Positions 41,873 to 51,705 of a stretch of DNA of 64,000 nucleotides are shown one piece after another. The DNA comes from Candidatus Marinacidobacterales bacterium (GTDB lineage Bacteria; Acidobacteriota; Vicinamibacteria; Marinacidobacterales; SMYC01), in NCBI GenBank assembly GCA_965237955.1, contig OZ250169.1:5280001-5344000 (forward strand). The letters run 5' to 3'. A model generated the notes under the pieces. It made no database searches, was not told the origin of the DNA, and was given only the letters and a program-made list of their open reading frames with translations. Positions within the stretch are counted from its first letter, which is position 1. Each line of letters opens with the position of its first letter. The position numbers were made by a program, and so were the translations under genes.

Positions 41873-42371
41873 TGTTTCGGTTCAGCTAGAACATGACAGT
41901 CCTGAAGTTAAAATACGCACATGGAAAAAGGAGCTGTCATGAGCAAAGGTCGTCGTCGTCACACTGCGGAGCAAAAGGCAGAGCTGTTGCGCCAGCACGT
42001 TGCCGAGAAAAAGCCGGTCTCGGAGGTATGCAACGAGGCAGAAATCCAGCCGAGCCTGTTCTACACATGGCAAAGGGAGCTATTGGCTGGAGCCCATACG
42101 GTGTTTTCGTTCCGTCGTGCGCCGAGCCGTGAGAAGGAGCTAGTCCCCTGGATCTTTGATTACTATACAAAGTTAGGCTTTTCGCCAGCCCATAAGATTC
42201 ATAAGATTCATGCACTTAGAAGGTTCTGATACAGGGGACCAGAGGGTTTCGGCAAGCTCTGCTTTATCTAGTTTGTTCTGATACAGGGGACCAGAGGAGA
42301 AGCTCTCCCGTCTCGAGGCGAAGGTGGCCCGTAAGGATCAGATCATCGCTGAGGTGACCGAAGAGTACGTG
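41873..42371 (+). mobile_element. IS3-family left end and orfA, interrupted by a MITE and truncated
   Basis: TG start; MSKGRRRHTAEQKAELL...YTWQ...REKEL / EEKLSRLEAKVARKDQIIAEV. Confidence 0.75.
42140..42294 (+). mobile_element. MITE copy 1 (125-bp core plus a 22-bp internal duplication)
   Basis: CTAG-TCCCCTGGATC...GATACAGGGGA-CCAG. Confidence 0.9.
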
Positions 42372-43366
42372 ATCTGCTGGCAGATGGCATGAACCCAATC
42401 AAGAGAGTCGAGAAAGAGGAGCGTTTCTCCGGTAAGCGGATCAGGGGGTGTGGTGAGCAAGACGCGGCTATCCTGGGTTTGGCTCACCCCGCCAACTCGA
42501 ACGGGAGCGCGGGTGAGGTAGCGGGCGAGTTTTTCCAGCCGCTGCGGCTCGTCGTCCCAGACGAGCTGCTCCGCATAGACCGAAAACACCGAAGGATTCC
42601 ATTGCAGCAACCGGTTCATGAACTCCTCGGAGAGACGCTCCGCGCGGTGTAGTCGCTCGAGCAAAAGGCGTCGGAAGCGCTCTTCGATATCTTTGAGGAT
42701 AGAGTTGGCCGGCTTGGGCAAGGGCAGAAACTCCCCCTGCGGGGTGCATCAACCACATCAGTTCGAAAACCCCCTCCATGACCAGACAATGGATGTGGGG
42801 GTGCCAATTCGCGCCGAAGGAACCAAAGGTTTGAATCGAAGACACCGAGCCGGGTCGGACGTCTGTGCGATCTAGAAGTTTCTGGAAACTCTTGTTGATG
42901 GCTTCGAAGGCTGTCTGGGAGAGAAGGCTGAGCAGGGAACGTTCTCTTTCAAACAGACCACGAAGCACTTTCGGAATGCTGAGAGTAAAGTGCCGATGGG
43001 GTACCGGTGCCAGGATCTCTTCTCTGAGTTTCTCGGCAAACAACCAAGAGCGCTTGGCCTGACAGGACGGGCAAAAGTTTCTCGATTGACAGGAGAAAGC
43101 AAGCAGATGCTCGTCCTTGCAGGAAGGGCAGCGAATCCGAGCGAAGCCTCCATGAAGTCGTCCACAATCCAAAAAGGCTTCTACCGTGGGTCGGACCACA
43201 CTTCGCAGCGGTCCCGCCTTGGGTTCGAACCGCTCCTCGTAGGCGTAGACGTAGTCGTCGAAGTGCTTCTCAAGCAAGCGGTAGAAGGCGGTTCGCTCGG
43301 GGTGCCGCGGTCGGTAGACTCCTAGCTCCATACAGGCTAGGAGTGACGAGTTTCAGGTTCGGAACC
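42370..43366 (-). mobile_element. IS91/ISCR-like rolling-circle transposase, frameshifted and 3'-truncated
   Basis: Zn motif RCPSC...SCQSRNFCPSC, HUH motif WHPHIH, ARYLTR; ATG 43331; GGTTC-G-GAACC palindrome at 43356-43366. Confidence 0.88.
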
Positions 43367-43590
43367 CCCTCCTTGAAGACCCATTTTTCGGTGTGACGCT
43401 CGGCTCAAAGGGGCGGGGGTCACGACTCAAATGGCGTGCGAGCCTGCTGATGACGGCCGAGAGGAGCAGGTCGTTATCCATTGGGACTTGAAGCTCGCCA
43501 ACGTGAAGAGAAGACTCTCGGTAAGATTAAGGTCACTCCCGATGCTCGAGCTCTGGGCCACGGCCTGCTGGCTGGGAGCCACTGTAGACA

Positions 43591-44697
43591 AGCGCACGCA
43601 GCTCGAAAAAGACCTCAACCAGGTGCAGCAACTGGACCGCGCCCTTTTGCCGAACCTCCCACACGTCGACGGATGGGACGTCGGGCTCCACTATCGCCCG
43701 TCGCGACTCTTGAGCGGTGATTTCTACGATGTTCGTGCGGAAGACGATGGGCGTCTCACGCTCCTCGTCGGCGACGTCATGGGAAAGGGCATCCCGGCCG
43801 CGCTCCTGCGCACCGGGTTACAAAGCTCGCTCAAGGCCCTCGCGCCGGAAGTGTGCTCGCCCGCGAAAGTGCTCGAAAAGGCGAACCGCCATTTTCTCAG
43901 CAGCGCATCTCCGGGACGTCTCGCGACTGTTTTCCTCGGAGCGCTCGACACCGGAGGCGGTCAGCTGCGCTACGTCAACGCGGGGCATCTCCCACCGCTG
44001 GTGCGTCGCGCGTCGGGCGATTGGCAGGCGCTCGATACTACCGGGATGGTCCTGGGCGCGCTCGAGAACGTTCCGTACTCCGAGGAAGTGGCGACGCTCG
44101 AGCGAGGCGACTTGCTCGTGCTCTTCTCCGACGGGTTCACCGAAGCCGAGAACGGCGCGGGCGAAGTATTCGACGAGCGTCACGTCACGCGGTGCGTGGA
44201 CCAGCTACCCGGCGCGCCCGCGCAAGTGTTGGCGTCCAGCGTCGCCGAGGAGCTCGCCAACTTCGCGCCCGGTGAGCCGAGCGACGACCGGACACTCTTG
44301 ATGTTGAGGCGCACTTGAGCGAGTTCGAACGGATCGTCGATCAGCTGGAGCGAGCCTATCGAGGCGAAGCGTGGCACGGGCCGTCGATTCGGGAAGTTCT
44401 GGATGGCGTCGACGCGGATGCCGCGTCCGCGCGTCCTGTCTCGAATGGCCACACCATCAAGGAGCTCGTCGTCCACGTCCTCGTGTGGGAGAAAGAAGCC
44501 CAGGCTCGCCTCGCGGGCAAAGGCCGAGACGACCTGCCTCCCGAAGACACGGTGTCATCCAACATCACCTCTACCACGCCGGACAGATGGCCATTCTCAA
44601 AAAAGCGCTTACAATAGGTTGCGTCGGGAGTGGCTACTTGTGAGCGAGGAGCGGCGCGCGCGAGCGAGGGAGATTCTGCAATGCGCCCTGGCGAAAA
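43591..44697 (+). repeat. 1,107-bp direct repeat, copy B (5'-truncated PP2C, dinB remnant, kinase start)
   Basis: Matches 37327-38433. Confidence 0.95.
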
Positions 44698-44795
44698 AGT
44701 CCGATGAAAGGACGCAGTTTCTTCGCGACGCGTGCCAGAGCGATCCCACGCTCATCCCCGAAGTCGAGCTAGCGACACGGCCAAGGCAGGATTAG
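44640..44795 (+). pseudogene. N-terminal remnant of a Ser/Thr kinase
   Basis: ERRARAREIL..AL.....ERTQFLRDAC..D..L..EVE, the leader typical of ECF-associated kinases. Confidence 0.6.
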
Positions 44796-44916
44796 AGCCG
44801 ATGGCGCCGTGTGAGCACGTAGGCATTTCCCTACGCATCGTGAAGTTGGACATTACGTAAATGACTGCAAACATTACTACCTACTGCCCGGCACGCCGAT
44901 TGCAAAACGGAACGAC

Positions 44917-45480
44917 GTGAAGACGGTTCTCGATCTACTCAAGAAATACGACGATCTGAACGAAGCCAAGATCCGTGGCGGCGGGAAACTCTCGCCCGAG
45001 GATGAGGAGCGCTGGGAAGAGTTGAAGGTCGTCTACGACCTGCTCATGTTCCACTCCGGACTCACGAGTGAGAACGCAAGCGCCCCGTTCTCGCCTGCGG
45101 AGCTCCGCGAGACACTCGCCGATGAGACGCGACTACGGGTTCCCGTCGAAGCGCACGCGATGGTCGAGCACGAAGGCGGCTCCTTCGACGCTAATGTCGT
45201 GAACGTGAGTCGCGGCGGCGTCTTCCTCGCGTCCGAGACTCTCGCGTAGGCTGGCTCCCGGCTGACCCTCTATCTCGTAGGCTTGTCCGACGACGATGAC
45301 CCCGGCGACATGCTCGAGCTCACCGGCGAAGTCGTCTGGTGTGCCGAGGAGGGGATTCCCGAAGCCCGCATCCGGCGCGGCATGGGAATCCGTCTCGTCG
45401 ACGTTTCGGAGGAGACCGGCGAGCGTTTGGAGTCACTCGTCGTCAAGACGATCGAGAAACGACTCACCCGTTTCGGCTGA
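44917..45480 (+). pseudogene. PilZ-domain protein with in-frame amber stop at 45247-45249
   Basis: NVSRGG before the TAG and GEVVW...GMGIRL after it, in the same frame. Confidence 0.75.
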
Positions 45481-45498
45481 CAGCCTGACAGGCTGACG

Positions 45499-46821
45499 CT
45501 ACCACGCGTTCACGAGCTGTTCAAAACCACGTAGCTCGATGAACCCCGGCTCTGGCACGACCCGCTGTGAGCGCAACGTTTGCGCCGACTCGGGGCTGCA
45601 CGTGCCGTTTCTCAAGAAGTAGAGCGCTTCGGCGAGCCGCGCCTCTTCAGGATTGCCGAGCGGCCGGTTGAGCCCGTCACGCATCGGGCAGTCGACCGGA
45701 AGACCGTCGTAGTACTCGCCATCTCCCTCGGCATTGACACCGAGGAACGAGACGGGGAAGAGCACTTTGTCGCAGAACTCGAAGCCGTACTGGCCGACCG
45801 GTTTTCCAAATGTTCTCCGTCCAACGAGGGTGACAGGGATGAAAGGCTCGAGCGCGTTGATCACTAGCTCGCTCGCCGACGCGGAGGACTGACTGGTAAT
45901 GACGACGAGTCGCGGCACGTCGATGGCAGCGGCTAGATCTTCGAAACGGAGTGCTCGGTTTCGGAACGACTGCTTGTCGTTGTGGATGAACTCGACGAAG
46001 ACGCGCGTGTTCGTGTGAACTCCGCCAATCAAGCTCCCGAGGTAGCGGGCGACGTCGATGAGGCCGCCGCCATTGTAGCGGACGTCGAGAATCACGTCGT
46101 CGACGCCTTGCTCATGAAACTCGGTGAACACGCGACGGAGCGCAGGGGTCGATGGCTCGACGAAATTTCTCAAGTGGACGTAACCCACGGGAAGTCCGTC
46201 GTTGTCGAACACCGCCGAGTGGGAAACCGTCGGGATCGTGTAGGGTCGTTTGACGACCGTCGCGGTGAGCTCGTCGCCCGCGATCGATCGCCACGTCAAC
46301 TCGAGGGTATAGCCCGGTTCTGACGGCCCGAGCGCAGCACCGAGCTCGCCGCTTGCGAGGAGCTCGGAAACGGGGCGCCCGTCGATGGCGAGAAGGTAGT
46401 CGCCGCGGCGAAGCCCGGCCTCGTCGGCGGCGCTTTCGGGAAAAACTTGCGCTATCCGCAACTCGCCCGGTTGCAGTTGCCGGGCCGTGAACCCGATACC
46501 GACGCTCTGGCTTGCCGAGTAAAACGCCGTGGACGCGGCGCGCGAAGTAATGTAGCTGAAGCGGTTGTCGATCGGGCGGAACCGCACGCGGTCCAGGTAG
46601 GCCTCGGGAGAATCGAAAAGAGCCGGATCGGCCTCCGGGAGCTCGCGGTACCAGAGATAGAACTCGTCGAGCCTTTCGCGAACGAACGTGTTTTGCCCGA
46701 CGACCGAGCAGTCTTGTGCGGGTGAGGGTACGGCGACTAGCAATAGCGCCAAGACGGAGAGGATTACGCGTGGACGATCGATGGTGTCCATGGTTGCCAT
46801 AGTGGCCATGTTGTCAGACAA
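45499..46821 (-). CDS. S41-family (C-terminal processing) peptidase with PDZ domain
   Basis: YLWY, AGLRRGD, DVRYNGGG, SASASE and TFGKPVG motifs. Confidence 0.9.
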   Translation of the reverse strand: MSDNMATMATMDTIDRPRVILSVLALLLVAVPSPAQDCSVVGQNTFVRERLDEFYLWYRELPEADPALFDSPEAYLDRVRFRPIDNRFSYITSRAASTAFYSASQSVGIGFTARQLQPGELRIAQVFPESAADEAGLRRGDYLLAIDGRPVSELLASGELGAALGPSEPGYTLELTWRSIAGDELTATVVKRPYTIPTVSHSAVFDNDGLPVGYVHLRNFVEPSTPALRRVFTEFHEQGVDDVILDVRYNGGGLIDVARYLGSLIGGVHTNTRVFVEFIHNDKQSFRNRALRFEDLAAAIDVPRLVVITSQSSASASELVINALEPFIPVTLVGRRTFGKPVGQYGFEFCDKVLFPVSFLGVNAEGDGEYYDGLPVDCPMRDGLNRPLGNPEEARLAEALYFLRNGTCSPESAQTLRSQRVVPEPGFIELRGFEQLVNAW

Positions 46822-47944
46822 TTCCGGTGATGTATTTGGCTTTCACTAGCCTCCAGAATACTACGAGAAACGCCGTCAGCGGTATGGCGAGGATCATACC
46901 GGCGATGCCGTCGAACGCGGTACCCCAGAAAAACAGCGCGACGATGATCATGAGCGGGTGGAGGCCGGTGCGCTCGCCCATGACCTTGGGCGTGAGGTAG
47001 TAGCCTTCGATCAGCTGCACGACCACGAAGACAGCCATCACCAGCCCGAGCCGGGCCGGGCCCCCGTCCGCCTGGAAAAAAGCGAGCGGGAGTGCGATCG
47101 CGAGCCCGAGCATGCTGCCGAGGTAGGGGATGATGTTCAAGAATCCCAGAAGTAGACCGATGATGAATCCATGCTGCAGTCCGACGAGCGCGAATCCTAT
47201 TGCAAAGAGAAGGCCCTGGCCGAGAGCGACGATGAGCTGACCGCGGAAGAAAGAAACGATGATGTTGATGAATTCGCGAACGAGGTAGACGACGTCCTTC
47301 CTCGTGTCTTCCTTCAGAAAGGGTAGAAGCTCCGCCCAGTCCTTACGCGGAAACGGCGGGGTCATCAGAAAAAAGGCGAGGTAGGCCGGGAGGACGAACC
47401 AACTGAGTGCGGCGGCGACGCTCCGGAACGCGCTCGCGCCGGCGGAAAACGCCGATCGAGTCATGCTGCGGACGGCGTTTACGATCGAGTCTGCTTCCTG
47501 GGATAGGAACTCCTGGACCCGTCCCGCCATTCCGTATTGGTCCCAAAGCTTTTCGACTTGGGGCCAGTGGGTCGCGACGAAAGCTTGCGCTTGGCTGGTC
47601 AACTCGGGAAGCTTTCGCGCCAGCTCGGTCAGCTGTGAAACGGCGAGCGCTCCGAAAAACCACAGGAACAATGCGAGCGGAAGAAGTATGGCGATGAATA
47701 CCGCGGCCACGGACGCGGCGGGCGGAAGTCGCATGCGCTCTTGAAAGACCTGTTGGACTGGTCGCACCACCAACGCCAGGATGACGGCGACGAACAGCGG
47801 CAGGAAGACGCTCGAGAACACCGCGACGAAGCGTGCGAACAGCAAGAACAGCCCAAAAACAACGAGGAGGATCACACCCGCGGAGAGCGCGGTGATCGCC
47901 ACCCCGACGGTGGCTGACTGACGGGGGCTGAGCTCGATGTTCAT
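46814..47944 (-). CDS. AI-2E family transporter
   Basis: FFRGQL, IPYLG, QLIEG..LTPKVMG..GLHP and LAIPL motifs. Confidence 0.92.
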   Translation of the reverse strand: MNIELSPRQSATVGVAITALSAGVILLVVFGLFLLFARFVAVFSSVFLPLFVAVILALVVRPVQQVFQERMRLPPAASVAAVFIAILLPLALFLWFFGALAVSQLTELARKLPELTSQAQAFVATHWPQVEKLWDQYGMAGRVQEFLSQEADSIVNAVRSMTRSAFSAGASAFRSVAAALSWFVLPAYLAFFLMTPPFPRKDWAELLPFLKEDTRKDVVYLVREFINIIVSFFRGQLIVALGQGLLFAIGFALVGLQHGFIIGLLLGFLNIIPYLGSMLGLAIALPLAFFQADGGPARLGLVMAVFVVVQLIEGYYLTPKVMGERTGLHPLMIIVALFFWGTAFDGIAGMILAIPLTAFLVVFWRLVKAKYITGIV

Positions 47945-49158
47945 CGCACGGTGGCGAGAATGCGCTCGCGGTTCAGGTAGAGGAGCGAGCCCAGAGCGTG
48001 TGCTTGAGCGATGGCGCCGTATGCCAGCGCGGCAGCGCCGAGGAGGCGGCCGAGCCAGGGGATGAAGCTGAACAGTGTCTGTAGGGCGATGACCATGACA
48101 GAGATCGCGATGAGGAACAAGACAATGAGCAAATAGTCTTCTTTGAGAGTCTTGATCGCGGCGATAACCGTTTTCGGTTCGAACGCCTTGGTGGTGCCTT
48201 GCCCGAGCAAGAGAAGTCCCAGGGCCATCGGCAGGTACGCGAACGACACCAGCGTCAGCGGTAACTGGAGAATGGCTCTCGCAGATGGGGGCGCGTAAAA
48301 CTGGATTCCGACCATGACCCCGGCGACGACGGTGGTGAAGATGGCGACCGGTATCACTTGCTCGCCGAGTTTTTTCAGATCGAGGTTTGGAGCGATGGCC
48401 AGTTTCTTCTCGCCTCTAATAGACGATGCCGCCACGTGCACCGCGAGCGCGAGCGCGACGAAGTACAGCGGGAGCAGAAAAATCGATAGGCTGCCGAGCC
48501 AGATGAGCGCGCCCAGCGCGGCGGCGATCTTCCAAGCGTTGTTTTCGATCGGGTAGCGAAGGATCTCCCGCCACCGCTCCCACGGGGGTAGCTCGGTGAG
48601 CCGCGGATCGGGATCTTGAACGGCGCCGTTACACGCGGGACAAAGCCGCGGCTGCACTCGAATCAACGTCTCGAGGCACTCTTTGCAATAGCTGCGACCG
48701 CACTTTTTGCACGTTCCCGCGGGAGCGTTCTGACGATGGTTGACGCACCGGCGCTGTATGACGGGGGTGAAGTCGTCGCGGAGGAAGAGTTGCTGGAGCT
48801 CGGGATGGTCCGATGCGGGATGAAACTCCTGCCCGTTGTCGGAAACGAGATCCCACGGCTTGACGCGGCCGTCCTGAATGCCGTGCTCGAACGCGTCCGT
48901 GCTCACCGTCTCCACACTGCCGGTCGGCAGACGTAGATGAATTCCGAGGCCGTTTTCCGACGCTCCTGCAGCTGGTAATGTCGAAACGGAAAGCCCGCCG
49001 GAATCCGAACCGGCGGTAGCGGTGTCCTCTCTTCGGACGAAAACCGAGACACCGCAACTTTGGCAGGTACGAGCGACTCCCTCAGCCGGCATCTCGGAGG
49101 CGTCGAGCAGATTCGCTTGCCCGCAGGCGGAGCAGTTGAACTCGAGAAAGTTTGCCAC
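47941..49158 (-). CDS. Zinc-finger / B-box-containing membrane protein
   Basis: CSAC...CQSC; CVNH..C..C...YC.EC...CPAC; C-terminal TM helices. Confidence 0.7.
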   Translation of the reverse strand: MANFLEFNCSACGQANLLDASEMPAEGVARTCQSCGVSVFVRREDTATAGSDSGGLSVSTLPAAGASENGLGIHLRLPTGSVETVSTDAFEHGIQDGRVKPWDLVSDNGQEFHPASDHPELQQLFLRDDFTPVIQRRCVNHRQNAPAGTCKKCGRSYCKECLETLIRVQPRLCPACNGAVQDPDPRLTELPPWERWREILRYPIENNAWKIAAALGALIWLGSLSIFLLPLYFVALALAVHVAASSIRGEKKLAIAPNLDLKKLGEQVIPVAIFTTVVAGVMVGIQFYAPPSARAILQLPLTLVSFAYLPMALGLLLLGQGTTKAFEPKTVIAAIKTLKEDYLLIVLFLIAISVMVIALQTLFSFIPWLGRLLGAAALAYGAIAQAHALGSLLYLNRERILATVR

Positions 49159-49162
49159 GCGC

Positions 49163-49999
49163 TTATTGTGGCGGCAGGGTCGGGAGCTCGCGTTTTTGGT
49201 AGCCCGCCGGTACTTCGAACAAGCTAGCGTCGAGCTTATCGTGACTCACGCCCTGTACCAGCTGCTCGGACGTCACTTGCCCGTTTGAACCGAGGTGCCG
49301 GACATGCACGGGAAACCCGTCGGGCACGTTGTCTTGAAACATCCCGGCACTTCCCAGACGCTTCACCAAAGCTTTCATCGAGCTCTGCATTGCCATCATC
49401 GTGTCTTTGTCGCCCGACGGCATTCCTATCGAGCTGGCGTCGGCGAGACAAAGTTCCCGCACTTTCCGCTCGCGCCCTGATACGCCTCTACCCACTTACA
49501 CACGAAGCCACCGATCGAGTCGTTGCCTCCTCGCGGTTCGTACGCACCGGCTCTTCAGGAAGGGGCGGAAGCCCCGGCATTGTCTGACCTGAGCGGTTCA
49601 TCATCTTCATCATTTGCTCGCGCTGTTCTTCCGGCATCTCCTTCAAGCTCTCTTGAAGTTGGGCCATCATCTGCTGCTGCATTTGGCTCGCCTGGTCCAT
49701 CATCTCGCTGGCCTTTTCGGGGTCGAACTCCATGTACGACTTCTCACCCGGCTGGATGGCGTAGAACGTGTTGTCGGCCTGTAGAGCAAGAGCGTGTCGT
49801 CGTCATCATCATCAGTGCCCTGCTCCATACGGACTTTCCCGCTCGTGACCATGACGGTCTGGATTCGCGGCTTTCTGCCCGGCTCGGTGTGTTGGATGGA
49901 CAGGCGCGTGTCGGCGAACAAGGCCGTGGACATGGAAATGCAGAGGCGCGGCAATGTCAATGTCAGTGCGAGCGTTCGCGTCAAGCTCACTGGGCTCAC
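49163..49999 (-). pseudogene. DUF4412-like exported protein, multiply frameshifted
   Basis: KVRME..., MMAQL..MPEEQREQMMKMM, ELC.A and LDASLFEVPAGYQK segments lie in different frames. Confidence 0.6.
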
Positions 50000-50344
50000 G
50001 TTGGTTCCCTTCCTGGACCCCCGATCGCGTGGATCCGTTGCTCTTATGTGGCTCTTATTGTGAGGTTTTGGAGGAAGAAAGCAAGTGCCAGCACATCATC
50101 ATGAAGGGTCCAGACGATGTCCTTGGTGGATGGCGACCGCTCATGCGGCCACTAGTCGAAGTTCTCCTTTGGGAGAGCGACGATCACTTTTTCGAACGGT
50201 GAATACCCGCCTCGATGGCGCTTTTGAAACAGCTCCCGATCTTTCATCGGTACCCCGTTTTCCCCGCAACGAGAGAGGCGGCCTGTCCGGCCGCAAGGCA
50301 CAGGCGTTCTCGTGTATGATTGGTTTAGAGGGCTTCCAAACCCG

Positions 50345-51190
50345 ATGGCTCGATTGGCTCACATCCGAAGCTGGGGCGTGGGGCTCGGGCTGTTGGTTCT
50401 TCTCGCCGGTAGTTTCTCCGTAGTGGCGGCTCAAGGTCGAGGCTGGTGGAACCGCGTCCCACCGCGGTTTGCGGAGCCGAACACCCCGTCGAACGACTTG
50501 TTCTCGTTTTGCCGCATCCTCTACGAAAGCGTGCGTCGTGAGCCTTCTGGCTATGGGTGGAACACCGACTACCCGTACTCCGACATCAATTTCATGACGC
50601 GTTTCTCGCAACTGACGACGGCGAAGATCCGTCGTGACGGCGATGGCATGCCCCAGCACGTGGTGGTGACGCTCTTTGACGATACGATCTTCGAGTATCC
50701 GTTCGTCTTCATGTCCGACGTCGGCACCGTTGGCTTCAGTCCAATGGAAGTCGAACGGCTACGGGACTACCTTGTCCGAGGCGGTGTCTTGTACGTGGAC
50801 GACTTCTGGGGAGAGCGTGCGTGGGAGCATTGGAAGCACGAGATCGGTAAAGTTCTTCCGCCGGATGACTATCCTATCGTCGACGTACCTCTCGATCACG
50901 TCATCTTTCGCACGTTCTACACGATCCGCAAAGTCCCGCAGATTCCGTCGATCCACTATTGGCGACGCTCGGGAGGGAGCAGTACTTCGGAGAGAGGGTG
51001 GGAGACCGCGGAGCCTCACTTCCGCGGTATCTTCGACGAGCACGGTCGGTTGATGGTGATCATGACCCACAACACCGACATCGCTGACGGTTGGGAGCGC
51101 GAGGCAGAAGAAGAAGAGTACTTCTACCGATTCTCGCTCAAAGCCTATCCCGTTGGCGTGAACATCGCGATCTACGCGATGACGCACTAG
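50345..51190 (+). CDS. DUF4159 family protein
   Basis: W.TDYP.SD, YPF.FMSDVG, GG.L.VDDFWG and HNTDI.DGWE motifs. Confidence 0.85.
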   Translation: MARLAHIRSWGVGLGLLVLLAGSFSVVAAQGRGWWNRVPPRFAEPNTPSNDLFSFCRILYESVRREPSGYGWNTDYPYSDINFMTRFSQLTTAKIRRDGDGMPQHVVVTLFDDTIFEYPFVFMSDVGTVGFSPMEVERLRDYLVRGGVLYVDDFWGERAWEHWKHEIGKVLPPDDYPIVDVPLDHVIFRTFYTIRKVPQIPSIHYWRRSGGSSTSERGWETAEPHFRGIFDEHGRLMVIMTHNTDIADGWEREAEEEEYFYRFSLKAYPVGVNIAIYAMTH

Positions 51191-51319
51191 TCCCCTGGAT
51201 CTTTGATTACTATACAAAGTTAGGCTTTTCGCCAGCCCATAAGATTCATAAGATTCATGCACTTAGAATGGTTTCGGCAAGCTCTGCTTTATCTAGTTTG
51301 TTCTGATACAGGGGACTAG
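51187..51319 (+). mobile_element. MITE copy 2 (core 51191-51315, CTAG on both sides)
   Basis: IRs TCCCCTG(G/T)ATC; sits between the stop codons of two convergent genes. Confidence 0.92.
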
Positions 51320-51705
51320 CGCGGCTGCCGCACTTTGATCCAGGCCGCCGGTCCTTCGCCCCTCCGCTCGCGCTCCTCGGAGAGCACCTCGACCTCGAGG
51401 CCTTCGGCTAGATCGTCGACGCTCCCGGCGGTATTGGCCTCGCCGAGCTCGCTGCGATCAACCCAAATGATGGTGTTCTCGGTGAGCTCGACGACGACCG
51501 GTCCCGTCTCCGTCGCCATCGTCAGCTGCCGCGCGTCAACATCGATCGCTTCGATGGAACCGATGCGCGCATATTCGCCCGAGATCCCCGGCGATTTTCC
51601 GATAGGGATGTATTGCTCCGTCGCCCGCTGGCCCGCGTCGGTTACGAGTGCGAGAGCCACGGCGAGCATGGTCAGGCTTTTTGTGTAGCGAAACTTCTCC
51701 TTCAC
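51316..51705 (-). CDS. Small exported hypothetical protein
   Basis: Signal-like N-terminus; GTGA overlap with the upstream diheme gene. Confidence 0.7.
   Translation of the reverse strand: MKEKFRYTKSLTMLAVALALVTDAGQRATEQYIPIGKSPGISGEYARIGSIEAIDVDARQLTMATETGPVVVELTENTIIWVDRSELGEANTAGSVDDLAEGLEVEVLSEERERRGEGPAAWIKVRQPR

Noticed and set aside
43431-44318. Second, distinct PP2C paralog with a novel N-terminus
   Set aside because: It is the truncated duplicate fused to unrelated scrap sequence, with no convincing RBS or sensor domain.
45247-45249. Pyrrolysine or amber recoding
   Set aside because: TAG is used as a normal stop by many genes here and no pyl genes are present.
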